From contig JAUCBJ010004360.1 in assembly GCA_032718475.1 (NCBI GenBank), positions 1-33,521 of the forward strand: DNA of 33,521 bases. The letters run 5' to 3'. The DNA comes from Nemertoderma westbladi (taxonomy: Eukaryota > Animalia > Xenacoelomorpha). The first letter of the stretch is position 1; each line of letters starts with the position of its first letter. Shown piece after piece: positions 30,389 through 33,521 of the stretch. The notes beneath the pieces are model-generated. The model saw only the letters and a list, made by a program, of their open reading frames with translations. It did not search any database and was not told the origin of the DNA. Position numbers and translations under genes: made by a program.

Positions 30389-33181
30389 TTGAACTGCTGT
30401 TGCTTAAATGCCCAGTCTACTAAGAATAAACTGCCTGATCTCGACGAATTCCTTAGTTCGCGCAGTATCGACGTCCTCGCGGTTACGGAAACCTGGTTAA
30501 CTGATGCCGTAAACGACTCTGAGATTCAGAGTGATCCAAAGTATAAGGTAATCAGAAACGATCGTTCCTCTAAAATCGGCGGCGGTGTTCTTCTGTTGAT
30601 TAGCGACAAACTGAAATACGCGCGTGTCGAACTCCTGGATCCCGAATCAGAAATAGAATTTGTTGCTGTTGACATCCTCGGTGTCAACAAATCCCGGTTT
30701 ATCTGTGCATATCGACCGCCATCACGACAACACAATTCTGCGTATGAAAGTAAACTTTGCGACACCCTTCAAACCCTTTGTGACGTCCCCTACCCATGCA
30801 TTGTCACTGGAGACTTCAATCTCCCGAGTTGGAACTGGAAAGACCTCAGTCACCCAGATTCAGATCTCTACAATGGATTCGAGAATTTCATCCTTGAAGC
30901 GAGTTTAAACCAGGTCCAGTTTGAACCAACCAGAGGTGCAAATGTTCTCGACTTGGTGTTTACATCCGATGAAGAGTTTGTATCAAATGTCACAGTAGAT
31001 TTACCCTTCTCTACCAGCGATCATTCCATCGTTCTTTTCAATATCATTGACCCAAATTGTAGTTCTGGAAACATGGATGAGCCACCGGGATTCTACGACT
31101 TTAGCAATGGCGACTACATAGGTTTTAATGATTATCTAAGGGAAATAGATTGGAGAGCTATTTATGGTCCATGCATTTCGGTCAACGATTTTTATAATTG
31201 TTTTAGCAAACAGCTAAAGGATGGCATCGATCGGTTTATTCCTTTCAAGGTTTTTACTCGCAAAAGAAAGAAAACGTATCCAAGTTATGTCAGAAAGCTC
31301 CAGAAAACAAAACTGCTACTTTGGCGGCGGCGCAGTACTCCCGGTGGCCTGGAAGCCTACAGACGATCGGCGAAACAGGCGTCTCAGTCAGTGTACCGGG
31401 CAACGTGCGAGAAAGAATCGAAACTCTTAAACTCCGGCGACTCGAACGCGATCTTCAAATATATTAACTCTAAACGAAAGAAAGCCTCTGGGATCGGCCC
31501 TTTGAAGTATCAAGGAGATACGATAGTCGATAATGAAAAAAAAGCCGAGATTTTCGCCAAAGTTCTTTCGGAAAACTTCTCGGAAGACAACGGCACAATC
31601 CCGACGTTCCTTCGCAAAGTTCCAGACAACATCGGACTGTCATCGGTCGATCTGAGCCCCATTAGGGTTCTAACTATATTACGCCAGCTGCAGTCGAAGA
31701 AAAGTAGATCACCGGATGGTCTGCCGTCCATTATCTTTGTTAAATTGGCGTGCGCCCTCGCCTCGCCTCTGTCTGTGATATTTAACGTCTCTCTTTCAAC
31801 CCACACCCTACCGGACATCTGGTTGACCGCAGACATTATTCCACTGTTCAAGAAGGGGAACCCTGCAGACCCGTACAATTATAGACCCATCAGTCTCACC
31901 TGTATATCTTGTAAAATTATGGAACGGTGCATAAAAAATGCTATTATTAATTATTTGTCAAGCCATGGAATTATTTCCAAGGCACAGCATGGTTTCCTTC
32001 AGCGTAAATCAACCTGTACTCAGTTATTGGACTGCATTACTGATTGGTACAAATTAGTTGACCGTAAATACAATATTGATATTATTTATATTGATTACGC
32101 CAAAGCGTTCGATTCGGTAGTCACTTCGAAATTGTTTGCTAAATTAGAAAGTTACGGCTTTACAGGTGATTTATTGTTATGGCTTAAAGCGTTTTTAACA
32201 AATAGAAAGCATCGTATTTTAATCGGTAACACTTTTTCAGATTATTGTGCTGTTTTATCAGGTACAGTCCAGGGGAGTGTTTTAGGTCCTGTTCTTTTTT
32301 TACTATTTATTAACGACTTACCTGAATTGCTTTCACCTATTGATGTTAAACTTTTTGCTGATGATGTTAAACTCTACGCACCCACCACCGAACGTGACTC
32401 TTTAGCCAACGCCCTCAAATTGTTAGAGACATGGGCAAATGAGTGGCAGTTAGACGTTGCAGCTCATAAATGCACTGTTATACATGTTGGCGCATCGAAC
32501 AGTAATTTTAATTATATTTTAAACGGTAATGTAATTAAGTGCGAAGATTTCTGCAAAGACCTTGGTATTATTGTTAGTGCTGATTTGAAGTTTAATAATT
32601 ATTGTAAGCAGCAAGTTGCTAAAGCTTATAGGATAATAAATATGATATTTCGTAACATTAAATCGTGTAATAAATCGGCACTTTTAACGGCCTACAAGTC
32701 TATTGTTCGACCGGTTTTAGAGTACTGTACCCCTGTTTGGTCGCCCTTCACTAAGTATGGTATAAATTTAGTCGAACGAGTTCAACACTATTTTACACGC
32801 AGATTGTATCGTCGGTGCAAATTAACTTATGTTTCATATTGTGACCGTCTAACCTGCCTGTCTCTACAACCCTTGGAGGTTAGGAGAATTATTTTCGACT
32901 TGAAAATGGTGTACCGTATTTTTCACGGCCTTGTTGACCTTACGTTTAGTAACTACTTTTCACGTGCGCCAGTAAAAGGGCTACGTGGACACAGCTATAA
33001 ACTTCATATTCCGTATTGCAGACTACAACTTTGTAAGAACTCTTTTAACTACCGCACTGTTCCATTCTGGAATTCTTTATCGCAAGATATTGTTGATGCT
33101 AAAAACCTACAAATTTTTTCTCGTAAATTATTAACGTTCGATTTCAAGTCACACTGTTCGGTCGACCATTGGTGCAAATAG
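30389..33181 (+). CDS. CR1 ORF2: AP endonuclease plus reverse transcriptase (no initiating ATG; frame open from 30317)
   Basis: APE motifs LNAQS, VTETWL, GGGV, YRPP, GDFN, LDLVF and SDH. RT motifs NYRPISLT, QHGF, DYAKAFDSV, QGSVLGPVLF, FADD and KDLG. C-terminal LRGHSYKL is typical of CR1. No stops. Confidence 0.93.
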   Translation: MNCCCLNAQSTKNKLPDLDEFLSSRSIDVLAVTETWLTDAVNDSEIQSDPKYKVIRNDRSSKIGGGVLLLISDKLKYARVELLDPESEIEFVAVDILGVNKSRFICAYRPPSRQHNSAYESKLCDTLQTLCDVPYPCIVTGDFNLPSWNWKDLSHPDSDLYNGFENFILEASLNQVQFEPTRGANVLDLVFTSDEEFVSNVTVDLPFSTSDHSIVLFNIIDPNCSSGNMDEPPGFYDFSNGDYIGFNDYLREIDWRAIYGPCISVNDFYNCFSKQLKDGIDRFIPFKVFTRKRKKTYPSYVRKLQKTKLLLWRRRSTPGGLEAYRRSAKQASQSVYRATCEKESKLLNSGDSNAIFKYINSKRKKASGIGPLKYQGDTIVDNEKKAEIFAKVLSENFSEDNGTIPTFLRKVPDNIGLSSVDLSPIRVLTILRQLQSKKSRSPDGLPSIIFVKLACALASPLSVIFNVSLSTHTLPDIWLTADIIPLFKKGNPADPYNYRPISLTCISCKIMERCIKNAIINYLSSHGIISKAQHGFLQRKSTCTQLLDCITDWYKLVDRKYNIDIIYIDYAKAFDSVVTSKLFAKLESYGFTGDLLLWLKAFLTNRKHRILIGNTFSDYCAVLSGTVQGSVLGPVLFLLFINDLPELLSPIDVKLFADDVKLYAPTTERDSLANALKLLETWANEWQLDVAAHKCTVIHVGASNSNFNYILNGNVIKCEDFCKDLGIIVSADLKFNNYCKQQVAKAYRIINMIFRNIKSCNKSALLTAYKSIVRPVLEYCTPVWSPFTKYGINLVERVQHYFTRRLYRRCKLTYVSYCDRLTCLSLQPLEVRRIIFDLKMVYRIFHGLVDLTFSNYFSRAPVKGLRGHSYKLHIPYCRLQLCKNSFNYRTVPFWNSLSQDIVDAKNLQIFSRKLLTFDFKSHCSVDHWCK

Positions 33182-33521
33182 CCGTTTAACTTTTTACTTA
33201 TTTATATTATTTTTTAAACTATTTTTTTTAAGGTTTTGTATCCGTTGTGTGATTGTGTTTGTTATTTTTATTTCATTCCTACCTATTTTATTAAGTAATA
33301 ACCAATGAAACTATTTTTATCACAATATTTATCACTATACTATACTGTATGTACACATATATTTACACTTAATTTATCTTCTTTTAAAACATTTAAATCG
33401 CCCCTTTAAGTGCCTCGAGCCTGGGCGGCGATCTCCCTCGAAAAATTGTCGATTGCTTATATTTAGTATTTCTTAATTCTACTGTATTGGTTATACTATA
33501 TATATTTTAATGTATGTTATC

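Larger units (their letters stand above)
29090..33521 (+). mobile_element. Apparently full-length CR1-clade LINE (boundaries approximate; 3' tail not reached)
   Basis: Intact ORF1 and ORF2, TCAGT motifs near 29089-29104, and a T-rich 3' UTR running to the window end. Confidence 0.85.

Overview
Eukaryotic (invertebrate-like animal) genomic DNA, not prokaryotic. It contains: (1) five phase-compatible exons of a + strand multi-CUB-domain (cubilin/tolloid-like) gene. (2) A young 12.6-kb BEL/Pao-type LTR retroelement inserted antisense in its first visible intron (758-13393; 1261-bp near-identical LTRs, TG...CA ends, ATGAC target-site duplication). The element keeps a gag-protease ORF, has lost RT and integrase, and carries an extra 511-aa zinc-knuckle ORF in the env position. 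Its primer-binding position has no tRNA-type TGG; it is instead a perfect 16-nt complement of a site inside its own LTR, suggesting Tf1-like self-priming. (3) A 50-bp minisatellite that amplifies an exon end plus its splice donor 23 times. (4) A DDX20/Gemin3 CDS with no coding introns. (5) A TE-dense block: a degenerate RTE-like LINE, a G-rich hairpin satellite split by a truncated CR1/L2-like LINE, and an apparently intact CR1 LINE with a candidate -1 frameshift between ORF1 and ORF2. All calls are by eye; no searches were run.
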